A DNA stretch of 64,000 nt from Bacteroidia bacterium (lineage in GTDB: Bacteria > Bacteroidota > Bacteroidia > Chitinophagales > JAUHXS01). This document shows positions 28,579 to 38,295 of this stretch, piece by piece (the first letter of the stretch is position 1; each line of letters begins with the position of its first letter). Where the stretch lies: assembly GCA_030426955.1 (NCBI GenBank), contig JAUHXS010000005.1:49790-113789 (forward strand), written 5' to 3'. The notes beneath the pieces were generated by a model that ran no database searches, had not been told where the DNA came from, and saw only the letters and a list, made by a program, of their open reading frames with translations. The translations under genes and the position numbers were made by a program.

Positions 28579-31074
28579 ATGAGTTTATCTAAATTTTATT
28601 TTGTTTTCTTTTTTACACTTTTAACAACCTCTTTACTCAAAGGCGCCATTCAAGAAAATTGGGTGGTTTCGGGTATTAGCCCATCAACTATCAGTCATTC
28701 AGACGTCTGTAGTGATAATTACGGAAATACGTATTTAATAGGAAGCTTTTCAAATAATATAAATATTGAAGGAAAAACGTTAGCAACAGAAACCCTATCT
28801 AGTGATGGTTCTAATGACATTTATATAATTAAACTCGACTCAACAGGCAATCTTGTATGGTCCAAAACTATTAATGGCACAGGGTCTAATTTTGGCAATG
28901 CAATTGCAACAAATAAGACTTCGAAAATTTTAATCACGGGTTCTTTTCAAAATAAGGTTTATGTAGAAGGGGATTCATTAGAATCTATTGGTGATCGAAA
29001 TCTATTTTTAGTAGAGCTTGGCTTAGACGGTAACCTTCAATGGATCAAAAGAGATGGTACAAACATTCAAAAGGTTGCGTTTTTAGAATTAGACGATCTA
29101 GGAAATATATATTTGACAGGATACTACGGTCGAGATGATACATGTGCTTTGGGGCATATTACCTTAGATCAATCTATTGATGATGATATGTTTATTGCCA
29201 AATATGATAACGAGGGAGACATTGAATGGGCAAATTCTTGGGGTGGGCCAGAGCTTTATTCATCAGGAAGCACCACATTATCAGGATTGGATGAAGTAAT
29301 AGGATTGACCATTTCGCCAACAAATGAAGTTTATATTTCTGGCAATTTTTCAGATGTCATATTCATTGGCACAGATGTATTAACAACTCCTCATCGCGTC
29401 CGAGACGCACCTTATATAGCTAAGGTAAACAGTAGTGGAAACTTTGAATGGTCTTATCAAGGGTTAAAGTTTTCGTCAGCTCCTGGGGCTTTGGCAACGG
29501 GTATTACAGCTGATAAATTTGGGAATGCATATGTTCTCATCAACGATTGGTTTACAGATTCGTTACTGCTTGAAGGTAAAGATTCAACTGTTATCAAGAC
29601 AGTAGGGCCAAGCTTGGGAACTTCTAATGATAGAGATGTTATTTACATAGCAAGATATACACCTGATGGGAATGTTGATAGAGTTACAAGTTTTTATTTC
29701 AATAAGCATGTTCATGTCAAAACAGGAGAAGTTTCTGTATCAGAGTCTGGCCATATATTATTCACATGTTTATCTGAAAACCTGACCACATCAGATAGCT
29801 TAATTTTTCAAGATTCTGTTATTGAGTTTGGTTTATCAGGAGCTACAACTTTTTTTGTCATTGCCACAGACCCCAACGGTAAGTTGTCATCATTTGAGGT
29901 GGCAAATACTGGAAGGGATTGGTTTAACTGTGAAGCAGGTGAAATTGATATAGATGCAAATAATAATATTGCTTTTACCGGAACCTTAGGAGGCTTCGGT
30001 GCTCCACAAACATTTTTTAAAACAGATACATTCTTCAATGTTGACTTTTTCTTAGCTAAGTACAAAGCTTCATTAGAAGATATAGGTTTTCTAGAGATTA
30101 ATATTGATTCAATTGCGTCTTCAAGTTGCTTGGGAGACAGTATAAGTATTTATTCATCATTATCAGACACTTTTAATAGTGATAATACCTTCAGCATAAT
30201 ATTAGAAAGTGCGAGTTCCTCATCAAGCCAAACTGCCACACTTTGGTCAAAGAATGATAGCATTTTGCCTATTGTAATTAGAGATATCATTCCCGATACC
30301 CTTTTAGGAAAGGAGTATATTTGTAAAATACTATCTACTAGTCCTCAAACAGCATCAAATGTTTCATTGCTTTCATTGCTTGATAAGCCCAAAAGAGTCT
30401 TAGAAGACCTTTACGATATTTGCGAAGGAGATAGCATTTTGCTAGATGCTCAGAACAGCGAAGCAAAATTTCAATGGTCAAACCTAGACACTTCCCAAGG
30501 TATTTACATTTCCGCCCAAGACAACTATAGCGTAACAATAACAAACTCTTGTGGGACAATACAAGATTCCACATCCGTTGTTTTGCATGAGCTTCCTATT
30601 TTTGATTTAGGGCCTGATACTTTTATTTGCAATGGAGACAGCATTGCTCTAGGCACCAAATTAGATTCCTTATCACATTTGTGGAGCAATGAATCTAGTA
30701 ATAGCTCTATTTATGTCTCAGAAGAAGGGTCATATAGTGTTGTGGTTGTAGACAGCTTTCAATGTAGTCAAACAGATTCTATTTGGATAGGCAATAAAGA
30801 TTGTAACGACCAACCATCTTCCTATGCAGAGGAAAACAATATAAAGAAAGTTTTTTCAATATATCCCAATCCAGCTCAAGAGGAAATAATTATCAAATAT
30901 GACTATCTAAATGTTCATCAATTAGAAATATTTGATTGCTTTGGACGAAAGATTTTAGATATAATACCTACTACAACTATAGTTGACATTTCAAGCTTGC
31001 AAGTAGGCAAGTACTATCTAAGAAGTTATAATGGGAATAAGTATTACAGAGAAAGCTTTTTGAAAGTGAACTAG
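28579..31074 (+). CDS. T9SS type-A CTD protein with SBBP-like beta-propeller repeats
   Basis: D..GN.Y.(T/I)G and D.(F/Y)I.K.D..G...W blades; Ig-like stalk; IYPNPAQ...FDCFGR...L..G.Y. Confidence 0.85.
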   Translation: MSLSKFYFVFFFTLLTTSLLKGAIQENWVVSGISPSTISHSDVCSDNYGNTYLIGSFSNNINIEGKTLATETLSSDGSNDIYIIKLDSTGNLVWSKTINGTGSNFGNAIATNKTSKILITGSFQNKVYVEGDSLESIGDRNLFLVELGLDGNLQWIKRDGTNIQKVAFLELDDLGNIYLTGYYGRDDTCALGHITLDQSIDDDMFIAKYDNEGDIEWANSWGGPELYSSGSTTLSGLDEVIGLTISPTNEVYISGNFSDVIFIGTDVLTTPHRVRDAPYIAKVNSSGNFEWSYQGLKFSSAPGALATGITADKFGNAYVLINDWFTDSLLLEGKDSTVIKTVGPSLGTSNDRDVIYIARYTPDGNVDRVTSFYFNKHVHVKTGEVSVSESGHILFTCLSENLTTSDSLIFQDSVIEFGLSGATTFFVIATDPNGKLSSFEVANTGRDWFNCEAGEIDIDANNNIAFTGTLGGFGAPQTFFKTDTFFNVDFFLAKYKASLEDIGFLEINIDSIASSSCLGDSISIYSSLSDTFNSDNTFSIILESASSSSSQTATLWSKNDSILPIVIRDIIPDTLLGKEYICKILSTSPQTASNVSLLSLLDKPKRVLEDLYDICEGDSILLDAQNSEAKFQWSNLDTSQGIYISAQDNYSVTITNSCGTIQDSTSVVLHELPIFDLGPDTFICNGDSIALGTKLDSLSHLWSNESSNSSIYVSEEGSYSVVVVDSFQCSQTDSIWIGNKDCNDQPSSYAEENNIKKVFSIYPNPAQEEIIIKYDYLNVHQLEIFDCFGRKILDIIPTTTIVDISSLQVGKYYLRSYNGNKYYRESFLKVN

Positions 31075-31076
31075 TT

Positions 31077-31571
31077 TTATTCAAATAACACGAGCACCTG
31101 ATTCTTTTCTACCGCATCACCTACTTTTACTTCAATACTTTTAATGGTTCCATCACCAGGGGATTTAATAGTGTTCTCCATTTTCATTGCCTCTAAAATA
31201 ATCACAGGGTCGCCCTTTTTTATTTCACTCCCCTTCTCGCTATTTATAGATAAAACTAAACCAGGCATTGGTGCTTTGATGTCATTGACCTTGGATGTAC
31301 CCAAGTTTTCCATACCCAGTTTTTTAAGCAACTGGTCAAACCGATCTTTTGCTTTTAAGTGGTAGATACTACCATTGATCTTAGCAATAAACTCTTTGGC
31401 TTCATGGTCAGCCTTCAGTAGCTCACATCTATACGACTTGTTGTCTTTAATAATGTGTGCAGAAGTTGCTCCTAGCTTTAATATATCCCATTCTTCTTGC
31501 TTTCCATTCACAAGCTTTTTCTCAACCTCAACTTCAAATTCCTGATCGTTTTCAACTATAACTTTTAACAT
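31077..31571 (-). CDS. biotin carboxyl carrier protein (acyl-CoA carboxylase subunit)
   Basis: KAPMPG and biotinylation motif LEAMKMEN. Confidence 0.92.
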   Translation of the reverse strand: MLKVIVENDQEFEVEVEKKLVNGKQEEWDILKLGATSAHIIKDNKSYRCELLKADHEAKEFIAKINGSIYHLKAKDRFDQLLKKLGMENLGTSKVNDIKAPMPGLVLSINSEKGSEIKKGDPVIILEAMKMENTIKSPGDGTIKSIEVKVGDAVEKNQVLVLFE

Positions 31572-31756
31572 AAAAAAACCTTTTAATAACTATCTATAAA
31601 ATCTAAGTTAAATCTTTATTTTTCGATATAGGACTCTCTTAGAATATAATTTTTACTAGGATATTAACATGCTTAGAAAGCTAACATTTTCCCTGATCTT
31701 AGAATAATGAAACCTTTTGTAGCAATATTTTTGCCCTAAAATAAAATTAAATAATC

Positions 31757-32650
31757 ATGAAAAAAAGTAACATACAGAAAATACTTGTAGCAATAATAGC
31801 AATTTCATTTTCAGCTAATATTTATGCTCAAGGTGGTGGAGTGAAAATCGGAAAATCAAACAAGCCACCAAAAACTAAAATCGGCAGAACTACGGTCAGC
31901 TTTTCGACCTATCTTCAGTTTTTAGACGAAGTCGATGAAGCAGTCGAAAACGATAATTACTTAGCTAACATTTTAGGTGTTGCAGGTGGACAAGGGGTCA
32001 TTTCAGGGGATGCAGCTTCTGGAGGAAGTCCGGCAAATTTACCACCTATACTTCAAAGTACACCACAACCTGCAAATTACAGTTGTGCTACGGCAAATTC
32101 TATTGGGCAGCCAGTATGCATGACACTTCATGAAGTAAGGCATAAACAAGGACCTGATGGAGCCTCATGTATCACTCAAGTAAGATTTACGACATACTGC
32201 ATTGCACCAGCCAATCAAGGATATTGCACATCGGTAGGCACTCCTGATGGAGAATGTTGCACATTGATATTCCAAACAGATTGGTTAATTCACTCTATCA
32301 CGACTGGCCAACCTTGCGGTGCTTACCTGAGCCCAGTTCCATGGTCTACGCCTGATGGGCATAAAACAGGTCTTAGCGAGTATAGCAACTTTGTTTCTGA
32401 GCCTTACCCTAATCCAGTTGCTTCTGGCAATAGCTTTAACATTCCAGTAGTTGCAGAATCTGGCAACGAGGTAAATGTCGCTATATATGACTTAGTTGGA
32501 AGAAAGGTTATTGAAAAGAACTTCGTTCAAAGCATTGATGGAATAGAGGCTTATCCAATATCAACGAATGATATTAACTCAGGTAACTATATAATTTCAG
32601 TTACGATCAATGGAAGAATAGGAACGTCAACTAGACTAAATATTTTTTAA
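31757..32650 (+). CDS. T9SS type-A CTD protein with unrecognised 8-Cys domain
   Basis: Signal peptide ending ANIYA/Q; PYPNPV...IYDLVGRKV...SGNYII CTD; TATTTTTG -7 box at 31726-31733. Confidence 0.8.
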   Translation: MKKSNIQKILVAIIAISFSANIYAQGGGVKIGKSNKPPKTKIGRTTVSFSTYLQFLDEVDEAVENDNYLANILGVAGGQGVISGDAASGGSPANLPPILQSTPQPANYSCATANSIGQPVCMTLHEVRHKQGPDGASCITQVRFTTYCIAPANQGYCTSVGTPDGECCTLIFQTDWLIHSITTGQPCGAYLSPVPWSTPDGHKTGLSEYSNFVSEPYPNPVASGNSFNIPVVAESGNEVNVAIYDLVGRKVIEKNFVQSIDGIEAYPISTNDINSGNYIISVTINGRIGTSTRLNIF

Positions 32651-32700
32651 GATCCAGAAATCACTTATTGGGAATTTTATTTAATTCCCTAAAGGAAATT

Positions 32701-32743
32701 AGCCCTTTACTGAACTATGGCTTGGTAAGGGGCTGATTTTTTT
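32701..32743 (+). terminator. probable intrinsic terminator
   Basis: AGCCCTTTAC...GTAAGGGGCT stem followed by GA and 7 T, 50 nt after stop 32650. Confidence 0.6.
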
Positions 32744-32869
32744 GACAAAAATGGAATAATTAAAAAAATGCCCTCTTCTATACCAAGGTTTTAACATATT
32801 TTAACGGTCTATCTCCTAATTTTCAAGTAGCTTTGTGTCAAGTTAACAATATTAATCTATCCCTTCAAT

Positions 32870-35452
32870 ATGTTTAAACACTCATTCCAACTCTTTGCTG
32901 CCACGATCATTCTTGCGAGTTGCTCGAGCTTAAAAAAGTCTCAAAAAAACTACAACGTTAACCTACCAGAGGTAAATGTTTCATCCAACTTCAATGAATA
33001 TAAGGCGGCAAGGAAAATTGTAAATGATCTTTTACATACCAAACTAGAAGTAGATTTTGATTGGAAAAATAAGTACCTAAATGGTAAGGCTGCCTTAACT
33101 TTTAAACCACATTTTCACTCTGTAGATGTACTAGAATTAGATGCACAAGGTTTTGATATAAAAAGTACCAACCTACTAAAGGCAGACTCTACCTTATTGG
33201 AGCTTGATTATAAATACGATGAAAAAATCTTAACACTATCATTAGATAAAACGTATGCAAGAACAGATACATACACAGTTATAATAGAATATACTGCTAA
33301 GCCTGATGAACTAGAAGAAGGTGGCAACTCGGCTATCCGATCAGAAAAAGGATTATACTTCATTAATCCAGATGGAGCGAATAAATATAAGCCAAAACAA
33401 ATATGGACTCAAGGAGAGACTCAGGCATCTTCTTGTTGGTTTCCGACCATTGATGCGCCCAATGAAAAAACAACTCAAGAAATATACATCACTGTAGATG
33501 AAAAATATACCACGCTATCTAATGGTGAGCTAATTTATTCTTCTTTCAATCAAGACGGCACAAGGACTGATTACTGGAAGCAAGACCTTCCTCACGCCCC
33601 ATACCTATTTATGATGGCAATAGGAGAGTATGCAATTATCAAAGATGAATGGAAAGACATACCAGTAGACTATTATGTGGAGAAAGACTATAAAGATGAT
33701 GCCATGAATATATTTGGCGAAACACCTGATATGATCACTTTTTTCTCAGAAAAATTTGGTGTGGAGTATCCATGGGCAAAATATTCACAGATAATTGTTC
33801 GAGATTATGTGTCGGGTGCTATGGAAAATACGAGTGCTGTCATTCATGGAGAGTTTGTTCAAAGAACAACTCGACAGTTGATAGATAGAGATAATCACAG
33901 TATTATTGCACACGAATTGGGACACCATTGGTTCGGAGATTTAATTACTTGTGAGTCTTGGGCAAACTTACCACTTAATGAGTCTTTCGCGACTTATAGC
34001 TCTTACTTATGGGACGAGCATCGTTATGGAAAAGATATTGCCGATGAAGGAATGTTTAGCAATATGAGTAGATATTTTAGAGAGTCTAGATATAAAAAAG
34101 AGCCCATTATTAGGTATTATTATGGCTATCCATTAGATATGTTTGATCGACATAGCTATCAAAAAGGAAGTGCTATTTTACATATGCTAAGAAACTACTT
34201 AGGAGGTGAAGCTTTCTTTGCTTCTATTCAGAACTTCTTAACAAAGAACGCTTTTAAAGCAGTTGAATCAGATCACTTGAGATTAGCATTTGAAGAAACT
34301 ACTGGGGAAGATTTACACTGGTTTTTTGACCAATGGTTTGATCGTGCAGGACACCCAACTTTGGATATTTCTTACAACTATAAGCCAGAGTCTGTAGAAG
34401 TTACGATTAAGCAAACTCAACCAGAAGCTACTTTTCAATTTCCACTTTCGATAGATTTATATTTTACAGATACTATTATCAGGCATAAGGAATGGGTTAC
34501 TGAAAGTGAAGAAAAGTTTGAATATAACATTACAGAAAAGCCTAAACTAGTTAATGTTGATCCTGAGAAAGTTTTGCTATGCGAAAAAGAAGATCATAAA
34601 AGCTCAGAAGCCTTTTTGTACCAATTCTATAATGCTCCTCACTTATTTGATAGAATTGAAGCATTTGACTATGTAGAAGATCTCAAAAACCCTGATGAGG
34701 CAGAGAAAAAGCTACTTTACGATGCGCTCAAAGATCCATCAAGCTTAATCAGGATAAATGCGATTAGTGAAGCTGATTTGAGCTTTCAAGATACTAAAGA
34801 AGCAATGATCAAAATGGTGGATAAAGATGATGCCTCTAATGTGCGAGCTAAAGTCATTTCTTTTCTATCTGATGCTGATAGTTCAGAACAGTTTAGAGCA
34901 ATATTTTTAAAAGCGTTAAGCGATAGTTCCTATTATGTCAATTCAGTTGCTTTAAGGGCAATGTATGAAGTGGACAGCATCTATGCATTAGAAAAAGCTA
35001 AAAAATGGGAAAATAGTATTGATAATAATGTGATTTATGCTATTGCGAGCATCTATTCTCAAGAAGGAAGGACGAACGATACGGCTTTTTATCTTGCTCA
35101 AATTGAAAAAGCAAGAGGAGAAAGAGATATTGCCTCTATGGTGCCTTTTTATATTAATCATCTTGGAAATTCATCTGATGATGTTTTTTACCAACATATT
35201 AAGAAAATTCAGAAAATAGGAACAGATGCTGAAGAAGTTGTACTTGTGAATAGGATCAATAAAAGCTTAAATGATCTGTCAGAGGATTTAAAATCTCAGC
35301 GACCAAGCCTTAAAGCATCCATTAAAAAGCTAAAGAAAGAAGACCCTATAAAAATGCAGGAAACTCAAGCTAAGCTTGATGCATTGGAAGCAAAGATCAA
35401 CTCTATTGAGATTGTGCTAGAGTCACTTAAAGAAGATGAAGCAGAAGATTAG
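32870..35452 (+). CDS. M1 family aminopeptidase lipoprotein with C-terminal HEAT repeats
   Basis: Lipobox LASC; GAMEN; HELGH-x18-E (LNESFA); YQKG; TAGCTTTG -7 box at 32828-32835. Confidence 0.93.
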   Translation: MFKHSFQLFAATIILASCSSLKKSQKNYNVNLPEVNVSSNFNEYKAARKIVNDLLHTKLEVDFDWKNKYLNGKAALTFKPHFHSVDVLELDAQGFDIKSTNLLKADSTLLELDYKYDEKILTLSLDKTYARTDTYTVIIEYTAKPDELEEGGNSAIRSEKGLYFINPDGANKYKPKQIWTQGETQASSCWFPTIDAPNEKTTQEIYITVDEKYTTLSNGELIYSSFNQDGTRTDYWKQDLPHAPYLFMMAIGEYAIIKDEWKDIPVDYYVEKDYKDDAMNIFGETPDMITFFSEKFGVEYPWAKYSQIIVRDYVSGAMENTSAVIHGEFVQRTTRQLIDRDNHSIIAHELGHHWFGDLITCESWANLPLNESFATYSSYLWDEHRYGKDIADEGMFSNMSRYFRESRYKKEPIIRYYYGYPLDMFDRHSYQKGSAILHMLRNYLGGEAFFASIQNFLTKNAFKAVESDHLRLAFEETTGEDLHWFFDQWFDRAGHPTLDISYNYKPESVEVTIKQTQPEATFQFPLSIDLYFTDTIIRHKEWVTESEEKFEYNITEKPKLVNVDPEKVLLCEKEDHKSSEAFLYQFYNAPHLFDRIEAFDYVEDLKNPDEAEKKLLYDALKDPSSLIRINAISEADLSFQDTKEAMIKMVDKDDASNVRAKVISFLSDADSSEQFRAIFLKALSDSSYYVNSVALRAMYEVDSIYALEKAKKWENSIDNNVIYAIASIYSQEGRTNDTAFYLAQIEKARGERDIASMVPFYINHLGNSSDDVFYQHIKKIQKIGTDAEEVVLVNRINKSLNDLSEDLKSQRPSLKASIKKLKKEDPIKMQETQAKLDALEAKINSIEIVLESLKEDEAED

Positions 35453-36078
35453 TTTTTTGCTTCTATTCGTTCAAAATTAAATCCATGTTTACTGAAGTAT
35501 TCTAAGACTTTTGGAAGTAAGTATAACAGCTTTTCTTTAGCTTTCAGACTGTCGTGAAAAACTACTATTGAGCCATCACTGGTATATTTTAGTATCTTTT
35601 CAAAACACTTTTCTTTTGAAATTTCTGAATCAAAATCTCTGCTCAAGACGTCCCACATGACTATTTGATATTCTTCTCTAAGCTTTTTGTATTGGCTATA
35701 TGTTAGTTTTCCGTAAGGAGGACGAAACAATTTACAGTTTAACAGGGTTTCACTCTTTTTTATATTGTAAAGAAACGCCTCATTGTTACTTCTCCAACCG
35801 TTTAAGTGGTCATAGGTATGGTTACCAATGGAATGTCCTTCATCTAATATTCGTTTAAAAACATCAGAGTGTTTTTCTACATTTTTACCTATACAGAAGA
35901 AAGTAGCTTTTGCCTCATGTTGCTTTAAAATATCAAGCACCCAAGGAGTAACTTCAGGCTCAGGACCATCATCAAAAGTCAGAAATATAGTCGGGGTTTT
36001 TGTTCTTATATGCCAAGTTGCCCTTGGAAAAAGCTTTTGAACAAGCGAAGGAGTTGTAAATGTTTTACCTAACCACAA
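35449..36078 (-). CDS. polysaccharide deacetylase (CE4/NodB)
   Basis: LTFDDGP, GNHTYDH, FRPPYG, VFHD; TTG start lies inside the left GxxExxY-flanking repeat. Confidence 0.92.
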   Translation of the reverse strand: MWLGKTFTTPSLVQKLFPRATWHIRTKTPTIFLTFDDGPEPEVTPWVLDILKQHEAKATFFCIGKNVEKHSDVFKRILDEGHSIGNHTYDHLNGWRSNNEAFLYNIKKSETLLNCKLFRPPYGKLTYSQYKKLREEYQIVMWDVLSRDFDSEISKEKCFEKILKYTSDGSIVVFHDSLKAKEKLLYLLPKVLEYFSKHGFNFERIEAKN

Positions 36079-36524
36079 AGTGCACTATGTTTGCGCAAAG
36101 ATCACAAAGAACCGTTAATAACTCTTTTAATCCCTTGCTTTAATAATACCACATTAAAGTTCATCAAAAGTCCAAGCTTATAATCGCCTAACTTTAAATA
36201 GGTCAATGTCTGTGCGAGATGAACATCATTCAATGTCTCAACACTTTTTATTTCAATAACTAGCTTCTTCTCGACTAAAAGATCAACCCGATATCCGCAG
36301 TCTAACTTTACCTCCTCATACATTAGGGGCATTGGCTTCTCTTTTTCAACCTCAAATCCTTCTTTTTTTAATTTAAAGAATAAACATTCTTGATACGCTT
36401 TTTCTAAGAGACCAGGACCAAGTGCCTTATGCACCTCAATGGCATAACCAATTACTATAGTTGCAATCTCATTCTCTGTCATGGCTTTGTGCCCTTTGTG
36501 AATACTTGGGGTTCTTTGTGGTTA
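36070..36524. mobile_element. candidate mobile unit: GxxExxY gene bounded by 40-bp imperfect inverted repeats
   Basis: 36070-36109 vs reverse complement of 36485-36524: 30/40 identical, no gaps, outer 11 bp (TAACCACAAAG) identical. Confidence 0.55.
36102..36482 (-). CDS. GxxExxY protein (PD-(D/E)XK nuclease superfamily)
   Basis: LGPGLLEKAY signature; YRVDLLVE...IEIKS; AQ..TYLK; GLLMNF. Confidence 0.92.
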   Translation of the reverse strand: MTENEIATIVIGYAIEVHKALGPGLLEKAYQECLFFKLKKEGFEVEKEKPMPLMYEEVKLDCGYRVDLLVEKKLVIEIKSVETLNDVHLAQTLTYLKLGDYKLGLLMNFNVVLLKQGIKRVINGSL

Positions 36525-36563
36525 AACAGCAATGATAACAATAATTTTCGTTATTTTTGTGGC

Positions 36564-38111
36564 ATGAGTAACGTTAGAGTAAGGTTTGCACCAAGTCCTA
36601 CAGGACCACTTCACATTGGCGGTGTTAAAACTGCTTTATGCAACTATCTTTTTGCAAAAAAGCATGGCGGTCAATTTCTTCTTAGAATTGAAGACACAGA
36701 TCAAACGAGATATGTCTCTGGAGCAGAAGATTACATTTTAGAAGCTTTACAATGGTGTGGATTAACGCCTGATGAAAGCAGTCAAAATCCTGGTGAATAT
36801 GGCCCCTACAGACAATCTGAAAGAAAAGAGCTTTATAGACAATATGCAGATCAATTAGTGGAATCAGGAAATGCTTATTATGCGTTTGACACGCCAGAAG
36901 AGCTTGAAGAGATGCGCGAAAACATGAAAAAGCAAGGTGTCCCTTCCCCTCAATACAATGCTATAACAAGGCAGTATATGAAAAACTCGCTGGCATTATC
37001 AGCAGATGAGGTTCAAAAAAGACTAGATGCTGGAGAGCCATATGTGATTCGTATCAATGTGCCGAGAAATGAAGAAGTAAAAGTTCATGACACCATTCGT
37101 GGTTGGGTAGTTTTTCAAAGCAGTCAGCTTGATGATAAAGTTATTTTCAAGTCAGATGGTATGCCCACATATCACTTAGCTAATGTTGTTGATGATCACT
37201 TGATGAAGATCAGCCATGTGATTCGAGGAGAGGAATGGCTTCCCTCAACGCCTATTCACGTTTTACTTTATAGGTATTTAGGCTGGGAAGATACGATGCC
37301 AGAATTTGCTCACTTGCCACTTATCTTAAAACCTGACGGTAAAGGGAAGCTGAGTAAGAGAGACGGAGATCGGCTTGGAATTCCCGTTTTTCCGCTAGAC
37401 TGGAAAGATCCAGAAACAGGAAATATTTCATCTGGTTTTAGAGAACGTGGCTTTATTCCTGAAGCTTTCTTAAACATGATGGTATTTTTAGGATGGAATC
37501 CGGGTACAGAACAAGAAATATTCACTTTACCAGAATTAATTGAAGCATTTTCACTAGAAAGAATTGGTAAAGCAGGTGCAAAGTTTGACTATGAGAAAGG
37601 CAAGTGGTATAATCAGCAATATTTAAAAAATCTGGATAGTAAGATCATTGCTGAACAAAACAAGTCTGTGCTTGATGAAAAAGGGATCACTTATGAGGAG
37701 GGATATCTTATAAAAGCTATTGACTTACTAAAAGAGCGAATGACTTTTATTTCCGATTTTTGGGAAGTGGGCAGTTTCTTTTTTCAAAACCCATCGGAAT
37801 ACGATGAAAAGTTAGTTAGAAAAAAGTGGAAAGATAATATTCCAACTTTGTTTGATGATTTACAAACAAGCTTATCCAGTTTAGATAATTTCACTCATGA
37901 AGCTATTGAAACTGAGATAAAAGGTTTTATGGAGAGGCATAATTTAAAGTTTGGAGATGTTCTACCTGTTTTTAGATTAATGATTAGTGGTGTTGGTGCT
38001 GGACCACCATTGTTTGAAGTCGCAGAACTTTTAGGAAAAGAACACGTTATCTCAAGAATGGGAGCTTCAAAAGAAATCTTTAATACAATTTGTGCAAAAG
38101 AAAATGCCTAA
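36564..38111 (+). CDS. gltX: glutamate--tRNA ligase
   Basis: RFAPSPTG.LHIGG, LRIEDTD, IRGEEW, KLSKR; start moved to ATG 36564, 4 nt after TATTTTTG (36552-36559); the longer ORF overlaps the GxxExxY gene. Confidence 0.97.
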   Translation: MSNVRVRFAPSPTGPLHIGGVKTALCNYLFAKKHGGQFLLRIEDTDQTRYVSGAEDYILEALQWCGLTPDESSQNPGEYGPYRQSERKELYRQYADQLVESGNAYYAFDTPEELEEMRENMKKQGVPSPQYNAITRQYMKNSLALSADEVQKRLDAGEPYVIRINVPRNEEVKVHDTIRGWVVFQSSQLDDKVIFKSDGMPTYHLANVVDDHLMKISHVIRGEEWLPSTPIHVLLYRYLGWEDTMPEFAHLPLILKPDGKGKLSKRDGDRLGIPVFPLDWKDPETGNISSGFRERGFIPEAFLNMMVFLGWNPGTEQEIFTLPELIEAFSLERIGKAGAKFDYEKGKWYNQQYLKNLDSKIIAEQNKSVLDEKGITYEEGYLIKAIDLLKERMTFISDFWEVGSFFFQNPSEYDEKLVRKKWKDNIPTLFDDLQTSLSSLDNFTHEAIETEIKGFMERHNLKFGDVLPVFRLMISGVGAGPPLFEVAELLGKEHVISRMGASKEIFNTICAKENA

Positions 38112-38295
38112 GAAAAAAGATAACCAAGACAAGCCTTCTGTCAATTCAGAACTAGAAGGATTAGATATCAGGATAAATGAATTTGGCGAAATTGAAGGCA
38201 ACTTTGATATTGATAAAGTAAACGCTTTTCTTAATAAATCTGTTGATGATAAAAAGTTAAGAGACAGAGACGATATAAGCGAAGAAAATGAGTAG
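38104..38295 (+). CDS. small acidic conserved-looking hypothetical protein
   Basis: Overlaps gltX stop and next start; [15 protein letters not shown]...[11 protein letters not shown]. Confidence 0.6.
   Translation: MPKKKDNQDKPSVNSELEGLDIRINEFGEIEGNFDIDKVNAFLNKSVDDKKLRDRDDISEENE

Noticed and set aside
36429-36563. 45-aa N-terminal extension of gltX in the ORF track
   Set aside because: Overlaps the GxxExxY gene and its repeat arm; GltX homology and a -7 box point to ATG 36564.
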